Of a stretch of DNA of 52,197 nucleotides, positions 16,952 through 27,021 are shown in pieces (the stretch's first letter is position 1; each line of letters begins with the position of its first letter). The stretch is from a virus (taxonomy: Duplodnaviria > Caudoviricetes): the IMG/VR virus record IMGVR_UViG_3300032322_000313, positions 1-52,197 of that record; one strand, given 5' to 3'. A model generated the notes under the pieces. The model was not told where the DNA came from. It worked only from the letters and a program-made list of their open reading frames with translations, and searched no databases. The position numbers and the translations under genes were made by a program.

Positions 16952-17557
16952 TTACGCGGGAATAACGCGCTTCGCTCCCGCCTTGATGTAGTCCGTTTCG
17001 GGAATAATGTCGCAGAAGTTCCCGGTTATAACATCCAGATAAGGAACAACCCTAGGGTTACGCTTCTCAATGACCGCGCAGGATTGGTAAATATCCACGC
17101 GCATGACCTCTTCGATGGGCAGCCACGAATCATCCTCTAATGCGAGGTCGCGCACTAGCATCATTATCATTTCTGGATTGTAAGTTTCGTAGATGAGAAG
17201 TCCACCTGGGCGCAGGAACGGCCACGCATAGGGTTGCATTGTCCCGGTGCTGTCAATGACTACATCAAACCATTGACCTTTAAGCGTGTTACGCAGGGCG
17301 ATACGGTCTTTCGTATCACATTCGATAACGCCTAGGTTGGGTAGTTCGCTTGCTCGCGGATCTGCGTCGATTGCGGTAACCGTTGACCCTTCGATGAGTG
17401 TGTTACGCCAAATCTCAACAACGCCACCGTTACCAACACCAATCAGCAGAAGCGATAACGCCCTTGGATGCACGATGCGCTCAACGGCGTGCAGCGTTGC
17501 CTCGCTCTGTACAGCGATACAGCCTGCATGGTTCAGGAAGTGATCGCGGTAGCCCAT
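16952..17557 (-). CDS. SAM-dependent methyltransferase-like protein (degenerate)
   Basis: LLLIGVGNGG, AID, FDVVIDS, LRPGGLLIYE. Confidence 0.65.
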   Translation of the reverse strand: MGYRDHFLNHAGCIAVQSEATLHAVERIVHPRALSLLLIGVGNGGVVEIWRNTLIEGSTVTAIDADPRASELPNLGVIECDTKDRIALRNTLKGQWFDVVIDSTGTMQPYAWPFLRPGGLLIYETYNPEMIMMLVRDLALEDDSWLPIEEVMRVDIYQSCAVIEKRNPRVVPYLDVITGNFCDIIPETDYIKAGAKRVIPA

Positions 17558-18591
17558 GATTCCCCCATTCCTGAGATATCGAAATGTTCCCGCACGATCT
17601 CCCGGTTCCGCTTCGCCTCAGCGATACGCGTAGACGGGTCTAGGAGTGCCGTAGCGTGGTCAAACCACTCATCCGGTGTAGCCGCCAGCCTTCCCACTCC
17701 CGCAGCCGCTAGGACCCTGTATTCCTCTGTCGGTGTTGCGATAAACGGGATCCCAGCAGCCGCATACTCCAACCCCTTCAAGTAACTCTTGGCCTCATTG
17801 AATGGGCCAGGAGTGAGTGGAACAAGGCCAACGTTGAATGCGTGCATCATTTCTGGAACCTTGCTGATTGTGCGCATCGGTGACGTCTGAACGCGTTTAA
17901 CACCGCAACGCACACCGAAGTGCTTAGGGTCACCCGGAATATGTCCCGCATGATGAACGCGGATACCGTGTTGTTTCACAAATGCGGGTAGCCAGTCCCG
18001 CAATAACTCGATATCGCCGGAACGCCATAGCGTGCCACCAAGCCAACCAAACGTGGGATTCTCCGATTGTGTTACCGGCGTGAACCTATCCGTTTCGACA
18101 GCGTTGCGGACAAGACGAACATCGCGGCACCGACGACCGTAGAAATCAGCCAAGAATGCGGTAGATACCGTTATGAAATCGGCTTGTCGAATGCCTATCT
18201 CGTACCACATTCGATTGTTGGTTGGGTTAGTGTGCGGATTGGTTGCCGCGTGAGCGATATTCTCCTGGTGCATATCGAAATGGAAGTCGTCAATATCCAC
18301 CACGACGGTTTGCCCTTTGGATTGCATGGTCTGGAAGAGTTGCGGCACGCTGGCGTGCATCATCAACTTATAGACGTTGATATCGAAACCAAATAGAGCG
18401 CCATCGTCTTTGGCTAATCCGATGCCCATAGGGTCGTGCGGTCGCGGTTGCCCGACCATAGCGTCGTAACCCATATCGGTAAGCAGTCGGCAGGGAAGAA
18501 CCTGGCGGTAGTAAGCACACCCGTTAGCCTCGGGTGGATCGGTTTGATTATTCCAATCCCCGCTTATGAAAGCGATACTAAGATCGGACAT
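17533..18591 (-). CDS. glycosyltransferase, GT4/GT-B-like
   Basis: GCAYYR, VDIDD, GLVPL...FNEAKSYLKGLEYAAAGIPFIATP. Confidence 0.85.
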   Translation of the reverse strand: MSDLSIAFISGDWNNQTDPPEANGCAYYRQVLPCRLLTDMGYDAMVGQPRPHDPMGIGLAKDDGALFGFDINVYKLMMHASVPQLFQTMQSKGQTVVVDIDDFHFDMHQENIAHAATNPHTNPTNNRMWYEIGIRQADFITVSTAFLADFYGRRCRDVRLVRNAVETDRFTPVTQSENPTFGWLGGTLWRSGDIELLRDWLPAFVKQHGIRVHHAGHIPGDPKHFGVRCGVKRVQTSPMRTISKVPEMMHAFNVGLVPLTPGPFNEAKSYLKGLEYAAAGIPFIATPTEEYRVLAAAGVGRLAATPDEWFDHATALLDPSTRIAEAKRNREIVREHFDISGMGESWATAITS

Positions 18592-18727
18592 ATCCGTTAT
18601 CGCCTACCGCGTGCTGGCAGAAGCACCCGCCGTTCACCCATTGACACTTCGCGTGATACTTAATGGCGAGTTCAGCGTTGCCGTCTCGGTTGATTTCTCC
18701 TCCGAGTTTGCACGATGGGCAGATCAC
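18578..18727 (-). CDS. small Cys/His-rich protein
   Basis: MICPSC...HAKC...GCFCQH (read manually), overlaps both neighbours. Confidence 0.55.
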   Translation of the reverse strand: MICPSCKLGGEINRDGNAELAIKYHAKCQWVNGGCFCQHAVGDNGYVRS

Positions 18728-19005
18728 AGCAGCGTATCCTTCCTGCGGTGCGCGATCATCTTTAACTTCTCGTGGAAGCGTAGCCGTTCCGCAATCTCAA
18801 CGTAACCATGCCCATCCTCATAGTTATCCATGTTGCCAGGGTCATTCTTTGATCGGCTTGCCTTCAGCATGACCATCATCCAGGCAACATCGTGCGCGTA
18901 AATCTCAACGCCAAGATAAGCGGACCACAACGCGGCGATTCGCGCGATGTTCTCAGCAGGATCGCCGTAACTCTTCGCTCGCTCTTCAACAATGTCCACG
19001 TTCAC
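18724..19005 (-). CDS. DUF6378-like protein
   Basis: ERAKSYGDP...IAALWSAYL...MVMLKASR...DNYEDGHGY. Confidence 0.75.
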   Translation of the reverse strand: MNVDIVEERAKSYGDPAENIARIAALWSAYLGVEIYAHDVAWMMVMLKASRSKNDPGNMDNYEDGHGYVEIAERLRFHEKLKMIAHRRKDTLL

Positions 19006-19008
19006 CCC

Positions 19009-20175
19009 TCACAGGACAGCGATATCTCCCACGCGCTGCGATTCCGTCATAACAAACGTGAGCATACCCGGTTCTGACACTTCCCCAGCGTACGCCTTCC
19101 ACCAATCACTACCACCATCAAGCGCAGGCGACTGCATCCAAACACACCCACCCCAGTCGGCCATGCGCAAATGATGATAATGACCCGATACGAGTACGTC
19201 AGCATCCCCGATCGGTTGCCTACCCGCTGCCTGCTTCTCCCACCACGACCGCAGTTTCGCTTCAGCATTGGCACCGCTGCGTGGAATATGACCATGCGTA
19301 ATGCCTAGTATCCAGCCTGCTGATGGGATAGTGCAGGTCAAGGAATCCCGTGCGATAACGAAACGAACATGCCCGTATGCGGCCTCGTTAGCGGCTAGGA
19401 TTTCGGACACCTGTTCGACGATTGCTAGATCATCGTTGTCGTCGATGCCCGTGAACATCTTTCCGCCAGCGTTACGGTTCTCGCCGTGGTTTCCACCAAC
19501 AGCCGCAACCGTTACTGTTTCGAAGTGTGGTGCCCATGATTGCAGCGAATCCGTGAGCAACCTGCGCGTAATCTTTACTTGATCGCGGCGGTTGATTTCG
19601 ACGCTGAATGTTTGTGACCCGTAATGCCCGAGGCAGCCTTCGATACTGTCGCCAGTCCAGAGGACGTTTAGGTGCGCGATTGGTCGCCCGATCTTGCGTA
19701 ACTCTTTCGCTCGTTCGATAACCGCATCACGACAGTCGATTACTCGCTGGATTGTGCCTTCTAGTCCGTCCCCGTCTGCCTTGCCGATCTGCCAGTCAGC
19801 AAGCACAACGTTCATTGTTGCGGTGCCGTCGTAGGTGCGCTTCTTGGGCTTATGCTTCATCGCCTCAGCGATCAGCGGCTCAATATCGACGTAACTGTGG
19901 ACGCGGCGGATAACCTTCGCCTTGAACTGGCGATTTGTCAGACCGTCCTCGCCACCCCAAGAGTTAAACAGTACGGGTTCGACGATCTGAAATTCGTTGG
20001 GGTCAAGATCCCACGCGCGCAGAATGGATTCCCACTCCGGTTCTCCCTGCACCGCGTCAGTCGTTACGGTGCCCTCAGACCCCAGCCATTCGACGCCGGG
20101 TATCCACTTGCGCTTGCGTGCGATTAACTCTTCTGCTGCCTGGATTTGTCTTGTGAACTCGTCCTTTAGGCCCAC
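19009..20175 (-). CDS. calcineurin-like metallophosphoesterase
   Basis: ADWQIGK, GDSIEG, GNHGE, THGH, GHYHH. Confidence 0.85.
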   Translation of the reverse strand: MGLKDEFTRQIQAAEELIARKRKWIPGVEWLGSEGTVTTDAVQGEPEWESILRAWDLDPNEFQIVEPVLFNSWGGEDGLTNRQFKAKVIRRVHSYVDIEPLIAEAMKHKPKKRTYDGTATMNVVLADWQIGKADGDGLEGTIQRVIDCRDAVIERAKELRKIGRPIAHLNVLWTGDSIEGCLGHYGSQTFSVEINRRDQVKITRRLLTDSLQSWAPHFETVTVAAVGGNHGENRNAGGKMFTGIDDNDDLAIVEQVSEILAANEAAYGHVRFVIARDSLTCTIPSAGWILGITHGHIPRSGANAEAKLRSWWEKQAAGRQPIGDADVLVSGHYHHLRMADWGGCVWMQSPALDGGSDWWKAYAGEVSEPGMLTFVMTESQRVGDIAVL

Positions 20176-20177
20176 AT

Positions 20178-20315
20178 CTACTCCTGCTGATTCGCAGCCT
20201 TACACCGGGGACAAGTTATCCGCCACGGTGCGGTCACCAGTTCTGCAAGTAGTTTGTTGCAGCGCCAGCAACGCGGCCTCTCGGTGGTCAGCGTTCCTTT
20301 CCCGTAAGCATCCAT
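20178..20315 (-). CDS. Mu Com-like zinc-finger protein
   Basis: MDAYGKGTLTTERPRCWRCNKLLA...ITCPRCKAAN (read manually), TAATG coupling. Confidence 0.7.
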   Translation of the reverse strand: MDAYGKGTLTTERPRCWRCNKLLAELVTAPWRITCPRCKAANQQE

Positions 20316-20710
20316 TACCGCTCCACGACGGTCATCAGAGACAGCGTGAACAACGGCCTGTCGTTCTCATCAGTCCCAACCGCGTTAATGGAAGAGTTCT
20401 GATTCACACGCAGAAATGTAACACCACTGACCTCTTCATTCACAATCTCCGTTAGCGTGTCACGGACATTTTCAACAAGAGCACGAGCGGTGGGATAGTC
20501 GTTACGCGTTGCGCGAACCATAACCTGCACGCTTGGACGCTCCAAAGTCTCATCGTTATTCACAAAGACTTCCAGCGGTGCCGACCCAGCGTACTCGTAC
20601 AGCGCAACGCAAACATCAGGCGAGTTAGGCATAAGCCCAATGAACAGATTCGTGCCCACTGTTGCCACAGACGCGCTTGTGAGCCTGTCGGCAAGTGCTT
20701 CAAGGATCAT
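20315..20710 (-). CDS. tail terminator / head-tail completion protein
   Basis: NLFIGLMP...PSVQVMVRA...GTDENDRP, position in neck module. Confidence 0.75.
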   Translation of the reverse strand: MILEALADRLTSASVATVGTNLFIGLMPNSPDVCVALYEYAGSAPLEVFVNNDETLERPSVQVMVRATRNDYPTARALVENVRDTLTEIVNEEVSGVTFLRVNQNSSINAVGTDENDRPLFTLSLMTVVER

Positions 20711-21126
20711 CGCTGGCTCCTAAGGTATGCAACGATCCGCTCTTTAACGTTACGCACGAACTTGTCGCGGTGCGCATTCGCGGGGATCTCTAGGAACTTG
20801 TAGGTCTTGCCCGGCTTATGCGTGTTTCCGGTGCCCCAGCGTCCACCGCTGTTAGGCGGAATCTCATGGACGTAAAGCGCGTAGGGTGCGGCAGCCCCAC
20901 CGTACGTGATTTCCACCGTTGTGCGCGTCCCCATCGACTGCGGGTCCTCAACCTTGCCGGACGCTCGCAGGTTACCCGTGGCGACAGGCACAATCTTCTT
21001 CGATTCGTTAAGGACCGTGTTCGCTTCAGCAACAACCGCGCGCTCAATAACGGGTCGCAGGCCAGGGCCGGAATCCGCAAGTTGCAGAACCTTATCCAGA
21101 CCGATGAGTCGCACACCAAACGCCAT
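20707..21126 (-). CDS. HK97 gp10-like neck protein
   Basis: VPVATGNLRAS, YALYVHE, KFLE. Confidence 0.8.
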   Translation of the reverse strand: MAFGVRLIGLDKVLQLADSGPGLRPVIERAVVAEANTVLNESKKIVPVATGNLRASGKVEDPQSMGTRTTVEITYGGAAAPYALYVHEIPPNSGGRWGTGNTHKPGKTYKFLEIPANAHRDKFVRNVKERIVAYLRSQR

Positions 21127-21128
21127 GG

Positions 21129-21461
21129 CTACATCTGCCCCACGTGGACAACGGTGTGATGCGCACCGTTCTGGTCAAACGGAGTATCGACAGCGACAAT
21201 GATCGGCTCGCTACCGTCCTCCAAACGGATCTTGTAATCCGTCGTTACGGGAAACACGCCGTACAGGTAGAAGCGCCCGTCCTCAACGACTTCGCGCCCA
21301 TCCGGTGTGCGACGCAACACCGTTTCGCTAACGTAATGTGCGCAGGCTGACACGCTTCCTGAAGCGCTGAACGTGCGCTTCCCATACTTGTCGATTGACG
21401 CTGATGGGTAAAGAGTCACGGTTTGCGAGAACATCTCGCGGAAGTTCTTCTCTAGGCTCAT
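21129..21461 (-). CDS. head-tail stopper/closure protein
   Basis: QTVT...DKYG, size and synteny. Confidence 0.65.
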   Translation of the reverse strand: MSLEKNFREMFSQTVTLYPSASIDKYGKRTFSASGSVSACAHYVSETVLRRTPDGREVVEDGRFYLYGVFPVTTDYKIRLEDGSEPIIVAVDTPFDQNGAHHTVVHVGQM

Positions 21462-21871
21462 GTTCGGTTATCCATCTGCCCGACTACGAAGTCTGTGGAT
21501 TCGTCCTCCTCGACCCGTTCGACAGTTGGCACGATAGCGTTCAGGTTGATGACAGGAGCAGCGGGAGCGTAACGGAAGCGCTCGGCCTTCAGGTACTTCA
21601 GTAGCGCTTCCCATTGTGAAACAAGAGCGCCGGACTTCACGGACAGAGACAGGTCACCGACCGTCTTAGACTCCTCCGCCACACGCGAACCCTTAGCGAT
21701 CAGCGTCGTCACCGCAGCGATCGCCGCAGAGTAGGCATCCCCGTACTGGTTGAACAGGAATGTCAGTTCCTCGTTGCTGAACAGTTGCTCTGTCGTGTCC
21801 GTATCCTGGATAAGAAACCTGATGTGATCGAGGTTCGATGCGCCAGGGTTACCGGAATAACTCCAAGTCAT
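21458..21871 (-). CDS. head-tail adaptor
   Basis: TWSYSGNP...IRFLIQDTD...FSNEEL, directly after MCP. Confidence 0.75.
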   Translation of the reverse strand: MTWSYSGNPGASNLDHIRFLIQDTDTTEQLFSNEELTFLFNQYGDAYSAAIAAVTTLIAKGSRVAEESKTVGDLSLSVKSGALVSQWEALLKYLKAERFRYAPAAPVINLNAIVPTVERVEEDESTDFVVGQMDNRT

Positions 21872-21921
21872 GAGGCAACCTCCTGTTCCCTAGTGTAATC
21901 GCAATCCGGCAGCAGATAGCC

Positions 21922-21956
21922 GAAAGCGGGACCACCCATTGTGTAGGTGATCCCGC
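21922..21956 (-). terminator. probable intrinsic terminator after the major capsid gene
   Basis: Minus strand gcgggatcacc(tacacaatg)ggtggtcccgc-tttc. Confidence 0.6.
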
Positions 21957-21985
21957 TCCCGCGCTATTCAGTTATGGATACCGGA

Positions 21986-22963
21986 TCAGGCGACGATGGT
22001 GTTCCAGAAGTAGCCGAGATCCGACGCGACGACCTTGTTGTCGAACGCCAACTCAGCCTCCACGCGGGTCGCGCGAAGCGACTCAAGGCGGAACGAGGAC
22101 GTACCGATCGTCAGGCCCATTCCCTGCGACACGCCAGTCCACGAGAACGTGTAGCCAGCGGAAGGCGTAAGGATGCCCGGGTTCGGGGCAACGTGCGCGA
22201 GGAGCGCAGTCTTGCCCGTGGTGAACGAGTAGGCCGCAGTAGCGCCCTCAGCGTTCGTGGCCTTGACTGACTTCGACACAAGCACGCGCTCGATGTCGAA
22301 CATGCGGGCAAGCATGTCCTCCGTGATCGTCTGGCTGCTCGTGTACTTGATGCGGTCAACGAGATCCGGGTGGTTCTTCAGGCGACGGAAGACGTCGTAT
22401 CCGAGAACGAGGGTGTTAGCCTCAAGACCGGTCGTGCTCAGGATCTTAGCCTTGCCAGCCTCAATGTCCTCGATCGGATCGGAGTTGGTGTAGTCCGACC
22501 ACTGCACGGTCTGGCCCGTGGTGGGTGAGGCCGCAACGCCAGTAACGTCGGTCGCCCACTTGCTCGTGGTCATGAAGTCGTTCACGAACTGGATCTCACG
22601 GCGCGTCAGGAGACGATGCGTAACGAACTCCGCAGCCTCACGGTCCACGTTGATCGGGGCATCCGCATTGGCGCGGGTCTGGTCGCCGATATCCTTGTGG
22701 ATCGCGAAGACGTCTGCGTAGTAGTTATCCGTCGTGATGTTGTAACCGGAACCGACAGACTCCGTGCCATCCGTACGAACGCGAGCCTCATCACGAAGCC
22801 AATCATTCTTGGAGTAGACGAAGTACTTGTCCGACTGCTTGTCCACGGGGACAACCGGGAACACCTTGTCAGCGATGAAAGACTCCGCACGCTGAAGGTA
22901 AGCGACAGAGATGTTAGTCAGGATTGCGTCAACATGGACCTGACTGCTAGTGGGCTGTGGCAT
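21986..22963 (-). CDS. major capsid protein
   Basis: VHVDAILTNISVAY...IADKVFPVVPV, strong codon bias, follows scaffold and decoration genes. Confidence 0.85.
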   Translation of the reverse strand: MPQPTSSQVHVDAILTNISVAYLQRAESFIADKVFPVVPVDKQSDKYFVYSKNDWLRDEARVRTDGTESVGSGYNITTDNYYADVFAIHKDIGDQTRANADAPINVDREAAEFVTHRLLTRREIQFVNDFMTTSKWATDVTGVAASPTTGQTVQWSDYTNSDPIEDIEAGKAKILSTTGLEANTLVLGYDVFRRLKNHPDLVDRIKYTSSQTITEDMLARMFDIERVLVSKSVKATNAEGATAAYSFTTGKTALLAHVAPNPGILTPSAGYTFSWTGVSQGMGLTIGTSSFRLESLRATRVEAELAFDNKVVASDLGYFWNTIVA

Positions 22964-22976
22964 TGTTCAACTCTCC

Positions 22977-23375
22977 TTAGAGTCCACGCGCAGCGTTGGC
23001 GCAGTCGATGACGGCAGCAGCGACAGCACCGGCAGCAGCGTTCTCAATGAACGTGCCGACGCTGAACGCGGCTGAAGCGGTCGTGCCGAACGTAAGCGTA
23101 ACGGCGGTAGCGGAAGCCGAAGCGAAGAGGGGCTGCCCGAACGAAGCGGAGCCGCCGCACTCAACCTTGGTGCCGCCGACGATGGTGACCTCAGCAGCCT
23201 GACCAGCGGTCGGAGCGTTCTGAAGGACACCGATGGGACGGTCGGTAGCGCCGCTGACGGCAACGACCTCGCCATCTCCATTGTCGATCTTGACGAAGTG
23301 GTACTGCTTAGCCGACAGATCCTCACCAGCGACGAACGTGGTCTTTACTGCGGCGTTAGAGAACTCGAAAGCCAT
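22977..23375 (-). CDS. capsid decoration/cement protein
   Basis: AGEDLSAKQYHFVK...IGVLQNAP, upstream of MCP. Confidence 0.7.
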   Translation of the reverse strand: MAFEFSNAAVKTTFVAGEDLSAKQYHFVKIDNGDGEVVAVSGATDRPIGVLQNAPTAGQAAEVTIVGGTKVECGGSASFGQPLFASASATAVTLTFGTTASAAFSVGTFIENAAAGAVAAAVIDCANAARGL

Positions 23376-23377
23376 TC

Positions 23378-24208
23378 TCAGGCTCCTCTCTCACTCAGGT
23401 AATCGTTGTATAGGGCAGGGTTGTCGATTGCTACCTGAGCCATTGCCTGCTCCACGGTCGCGGCCTTACCCTCGGCTACCGCTGCCTTAGCCAAGGAAGT
23501 CATCTTGTTGATCGCGTCACCCGCAGGAACAAAGCCCTTGCCGACCTCCGTGAAGATGTCAGCCGACTCGTTCTGCGCGTCCGCCGAGGCGAGAGCATCC
23601 TCAACGCTCTTCGCAAGATCGGCGTCGATAGCCGCGAGACGGCGGAGCGCAGGCCCAACCTTCTCCGGGTCGAGCGTGAGGTGCTTGAAGGTGTCGCGTG
23701 CCTTGACGATGGCGTCGGCGTCAGCGCGATCCTCCCGCTCCTTCGCGAGAGCATTCTCAGCCTCGGCCTTCGCCTTAGCCAACTGCTCCATAGCCTTGCG
23801 GATCGGCTCAGGTGCGGACTTCGCGAGAGCAACGACATCGTCGGCTGCCTCCTCCATCGGCATCTCATCCTCAGAACCCTCAAGTTCCGAGATGCGAGCC
23901 TCCAACTCAGCGATACGCGCCTGCGCCATCGCCAGTTCCTCTTCCATCTGCTTCGACTCGTAGTCCATGCCGTCCATCTTCTCCTCATCGACGGCAAGAG
24001 TTACGTCATCGTCAGCAGCCGTGACCTCTGTGGCCTCATCCGACATGCTCTCTCCTAACGGTTCGGGCAGAGCGGCGAGCACATCTGCCACAGATTCAGT
24101 ATTTGACGCCTTGATGACGAGCCAGCCCTCATGCAAGTGCGCCGGATGGTCAACACCAGACGTTTCCTCAATGACCAGTTCGGTCATCTTGGGGGCTTTG
24201 CGCGCCAA
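23378..24208 (-). CDS. capsid scaffolding protein
   Basis: Acidic coiled coil, N-terminal ETSGVDHPAH, synteny. Confidence 0.7.
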   Translation of the reverse strand: MARKAPKMTELVIEETSGVDHPAHLHEGWLVIKASNTESVADVLAALPEPLGESMSDEATEVTAADDDVTLAVDEEKMDGMDYESKQMEEELAMAQARIAELEARISELEGSEDEMPMEEAADDVVALAKSAPEPIRKAMEQLAKAKAEAENALAKEREDRADADAIVKARDTFKHLTLDPEKVGPALRRLAAIDADLAKSVEDALASADAQNESADIFTEVGKGFVPAGDAINKMTSLAKAAVAEGKAATVEQAMAQVAIDNPALYNDYLSERGA

Positions 24209-24265
24209 ACCGCACCTCCTACATCAACGTTTATGATACAGCAGAATGTTAGACCCGTGAGAGCG

Positions 24266-25198
24266 TCATTCCTTCATGCAGTCAACAATGTCCATGAGGC
24301 CAAAACGTGAACGCCAACCGAGTTCATTACGAATGCGGCTGACGTTAGCGACTGTTGATGCGGCGTCGCCTGGTCGCCTCGGTCGCAGAATTGGTGTAAT
24401 CGGTTGGCCGATGGCGGAACCGCACGCGTTAATGATCTCGCGCACGCTTGTCCCATGCCCGGTCCCAATGTTGTAAACGTTATGGCGTAGTTGCTCTATG
24501 TTCACCGCGACTAACGCGTGAGCGTCAGCGATATCCGAAACATGTACATAATCCCGTACAGGTGTGCCGTCAGGTGTCGGGTAATCATCGCCAAATATCT
24601 CTGGTGTTACGCCATCGCGTAGGGCTCGCGTCAATCGAGGGAACAGGTTGTCACGTGAATCGTCACGCAGTTGCGGTTCAGCGGCTCCCGCAACATTAAA
24701 GTAACGCAGTACCGCTGCTTTGCAGTCGTAAACCTTGGCGAAGTCAAGGATGCAGCGTTCCGCCATGAGTTTGCTTGCCGCATACGGTGATAGCGGCAAC
24801 GTTGTTGATTCCTCGTCGATGGGGCTAAGCCGCTCCGCGTATAGGGATGCGGTGCTAGAGAGGATAATGCGTCGCACATTTCTGTAACGCATCGCGCGTA
24901 GGATACTGAGGGTGCCGGAAACGTTTGTGTCGTAATACGCCAGCGGGTTATCGACCGATTCCGCGACACTCTTTCTTCCCGCCAGGTGGATTACGCCATC
25001 AATGTCGGTCATCGCGTCAAGGATCGCGTCACCATCAAGTATGTCGCCGTGCACAAATGCGACCCCGGCTGGGATTCGTGATCGAACGCCTGTCGATAGG
25101 TCGTCAATGACGACTGGTGTTTCTCCGGCAGCGAGCAGAGCGCGGATAACGTGTGAACCTATGTATCCCGCACCGCCAGTAACAAGCCACCGGGACAT
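24266..25198 (-). CDS. galE: UDP-glucose 4-epimerase
   Basis: TGGAGYIGSH, KSVAESV, YAASK, LRYFNVAGA, DYPTPDGTPVRDYVHV, RRPGD. Confidence 0.9.
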   Translation of the reverse strand: MSRWLVTGGAGYIGSHVIRALLAAGETPVVIDDLSTGVRSRIPAGVAFVHGDILDGDAILDAMTDIDGVIHLAGRKSVAESVDNPLAYYDTNVSGTLSILRAMRYRNVRRIILSSTASLYAERLSPIDEESTTLPLSPYAASKLMAERCILDFAKVYDCKAAVLRYFNVAGAAEPQLRDDSRDNLFPRLTRALRDGVTPEIFGDDYPTPDGTPVRDYVHVSDIADAHALVAVNIEQLRHNVYNIGTGHGTSVREIINACGSAIGQPITPILRPRRPGDAASTVANVSRIRNELGWRSRFGLMDIVDCMKE

Positions 25199-25401
25199 TA
25201 ATCCTCTTCGAAGATTGTTCCGCGCGTAATCGTTGATGCTACGCGGTCAGCATCGAACGCGACTGATGCGCTGGTCTTGGGTGTGCCGAGTCGGACCGTG
25301 ATGTTGTCCTGATCTGTTACTGCGGTTACTCGGGCGTGGCGAATACGGCCTGCGTCCGTTTCGACAGGAACGTAGGTGCCCGGTCTGATGATCTTCGCCA
25401 T
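25198..25401 (-). CDS. hypothetical protein
   Basis: Coupled to galE (TAATG). Confidence 0.55.
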   Translation of the reverse strand: MAKIIRPGTYVPVETDAGRIRHARVTAVTDQDNITVRLGTPKTSASVAFDADRVASTITRGTIFEED

Positions 25402-25410
25402 GCGTCTATG

Positions 25411-26652
25411 TTAGAGGATGCCGAGAAGTTGCAGAACTTCCATATCATCATCTTCACGGATACGGGCAAGACCATTACATGATCCAAGCGATCGGATCTG
25501 GTCAGTTACATCGCCGCGATATCCGACTGTGCCAGCGGCTTGTGCAACTGATCGTGTAAGGCCGTCAATGAATCCGTTAACGTCAATGATTGCGGTTGTG
25601 TCGCCTGAGAAAGACCACGCGTAGCCGCCACTTGCAGGCAAATCCGATGGCGCTGGTGGCGATACCGGAGTGATACCGCCCGTGCTACCGCTTGTGCCAC
25701 CACTCGCGCCTGTAAACGAGGGCGATCCGGTGATATTCCCACTAGATAGCGACGTTCCCACAACGAACCCGATGAAGTTATCGGTAGATGCGGTGCCCGT
25801 AACTACACCTGCGCTGCCGTTAACGCCTGTGATCGTGCCGCTGACGCCCGGTGTGCCTACCGCTGCGCTCTGTGTAGCCGTGTTACCTGTAACGCTGCCT
25901 TTGTAGCCTGCTGATCCGGTGACTGATGCTGCCGCCGTGTTAGCGTTTCCGATAACACCCGTGAGGGAAGGGCTACCTGTGACCGTTCCGATGACCTGTG
26001 TTGTTGCCTGAATAATCCCGGCGCTTCCCTCAGACCCCGCAACCGTCCCGCTGCCTGCGCCCGCGCCTGTAACCGATCCTGTGAGCGCGGGTGATCCTGT
26101 TGCCGTGCCTGCCGCCGACGATGAACCGCCTGTAAGCCCCGTGAAGCCCACGGAACCAGCGACTACCCCAATACCCTGAGCCGCACCCGTTACCGCCCCT
26201 GCGAGTCCCGCAGACCCGCCAGCCGCGCCCTGTGCAGCAACCGTGCCGGTGATTGTGCCATTTAGCGCAGGCAAACCGCCGACACTTCCGTCGCTGACCG
26301 CGACCGCCGACACAACCCCCGCGAACCCGGCAACCGCCGACAACGAACCAGCAGTAGAGACAGACCCCGATACCGAACCCGCGTAACCGACTTCACCCGT
26401 GATCGGATCGCTGTTAATCTGCGTGCCTACACCAGTCGGCCCAACATCCGGTCCCTTAACGGCAACGACACGACTGCTGCCCCAACTGCTTTCACCGATA
26501 ACGAACCCGTGACCGAAACCCGCCAGTTGATCATCGTCCAACTCTCCACGCAGAGAATCACCCAACGTGAAGTACGGAGAAACGAAACCAAGTTCGTGAA
26601 CGTTAAGCAGACCGCGATAATCGCTGTCTAGCGTGAACCGTGCAGGCATCAC
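25411..26652 (-). CDS. Gly/Ser/Thr/Ala-rich repetitive putative virion protein
   Basis: Quasi-periodic GxVxG...GxVxG repeats, N-terminal FTL(D/G)xxxxGxL motifs. Confidence 0.7.
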   Translation of the reverse strand: MMPARFTLDSDYRGLLNVHELGFVSPYFTLGDSLRGELDDDQLAGFGHGFVIGESSWGSSRVVAVKGPDVGPTGVGTQINSDPITGEVGYAGSVSGSVSTAGSLSAVAGFAGVVSAVAVSDGSVGGLPALNGTITGTVAAQGAAGGSAGLAGAVTGAAQGIGVVAGSVGFTGLTGGSSSAAGTATGSPALTGSVTGAGAGSGTVAGSEGSAGIIQATTQVIGTVTGSPSLTGVIGNANTAAASVTGSAGYKGSVTGNTATQSAAVGTPGVSGTITGVNGSAGVVTGTASTDNFIGFVVGTSLSSGNITGSPSFTGASGGTSGSTGGITPVSPPAPSDLPASGGYAWSFSGDTTAIIDVNGFIDGLTRSVAQAAGTVGYRGDVTDQIRSLGSCNGLARIREDDDMEVLQLLGIL

Positions 26653-26664
26653 CCGCGCCTAGCG

Positions 26665-27021
26665 TCAGGTGATGGATTCGGTGATCAGGTTAGCACCGAT
26701 CGTGTAAGTACCTGGCGTGGCGAACGTTTGCGACGTATCCAACTGGCGCGACCCATAGAACGTGCCGGAAGTGGACGCCGACCAGTAGCCCAGATGGGTA
26801 ATCGTCGTGGAACCCGGAACATCAAACACAACCTGCGCATTATTCTGTAGCGATCCACTAGCGGCAGTAGCCCACGACACGGCCTCACGAGTGTACGGCG
26901 ACGCCGACACCTCACTCGCGCCATTCGTCGAAGGGTCAGCAGTATGCAGAGACACGAACGCTACCGAGCCTGCGAACCCATTAAGCATTAGGTTCTTGCC
27001 CGCATCAACAAGACCAGCCAT
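26665..27021 (-). CDS. virion structural protein
   Basis: SLHTADP...GASEVS...YTR...ITHLGYWSASTSGTF pattern. Confidence 0.7.
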   Translation of the reverse strand: MAGLVDAGKNLMLNGFAGSVAFVSLHTADPSTNGASEVSASPYTREAVSWATAASGSLQNNAQVVFDVPGSTTITHLGYWSASTSGTFYGSRQLDTSQTFATPGTYTIGANLITESIT

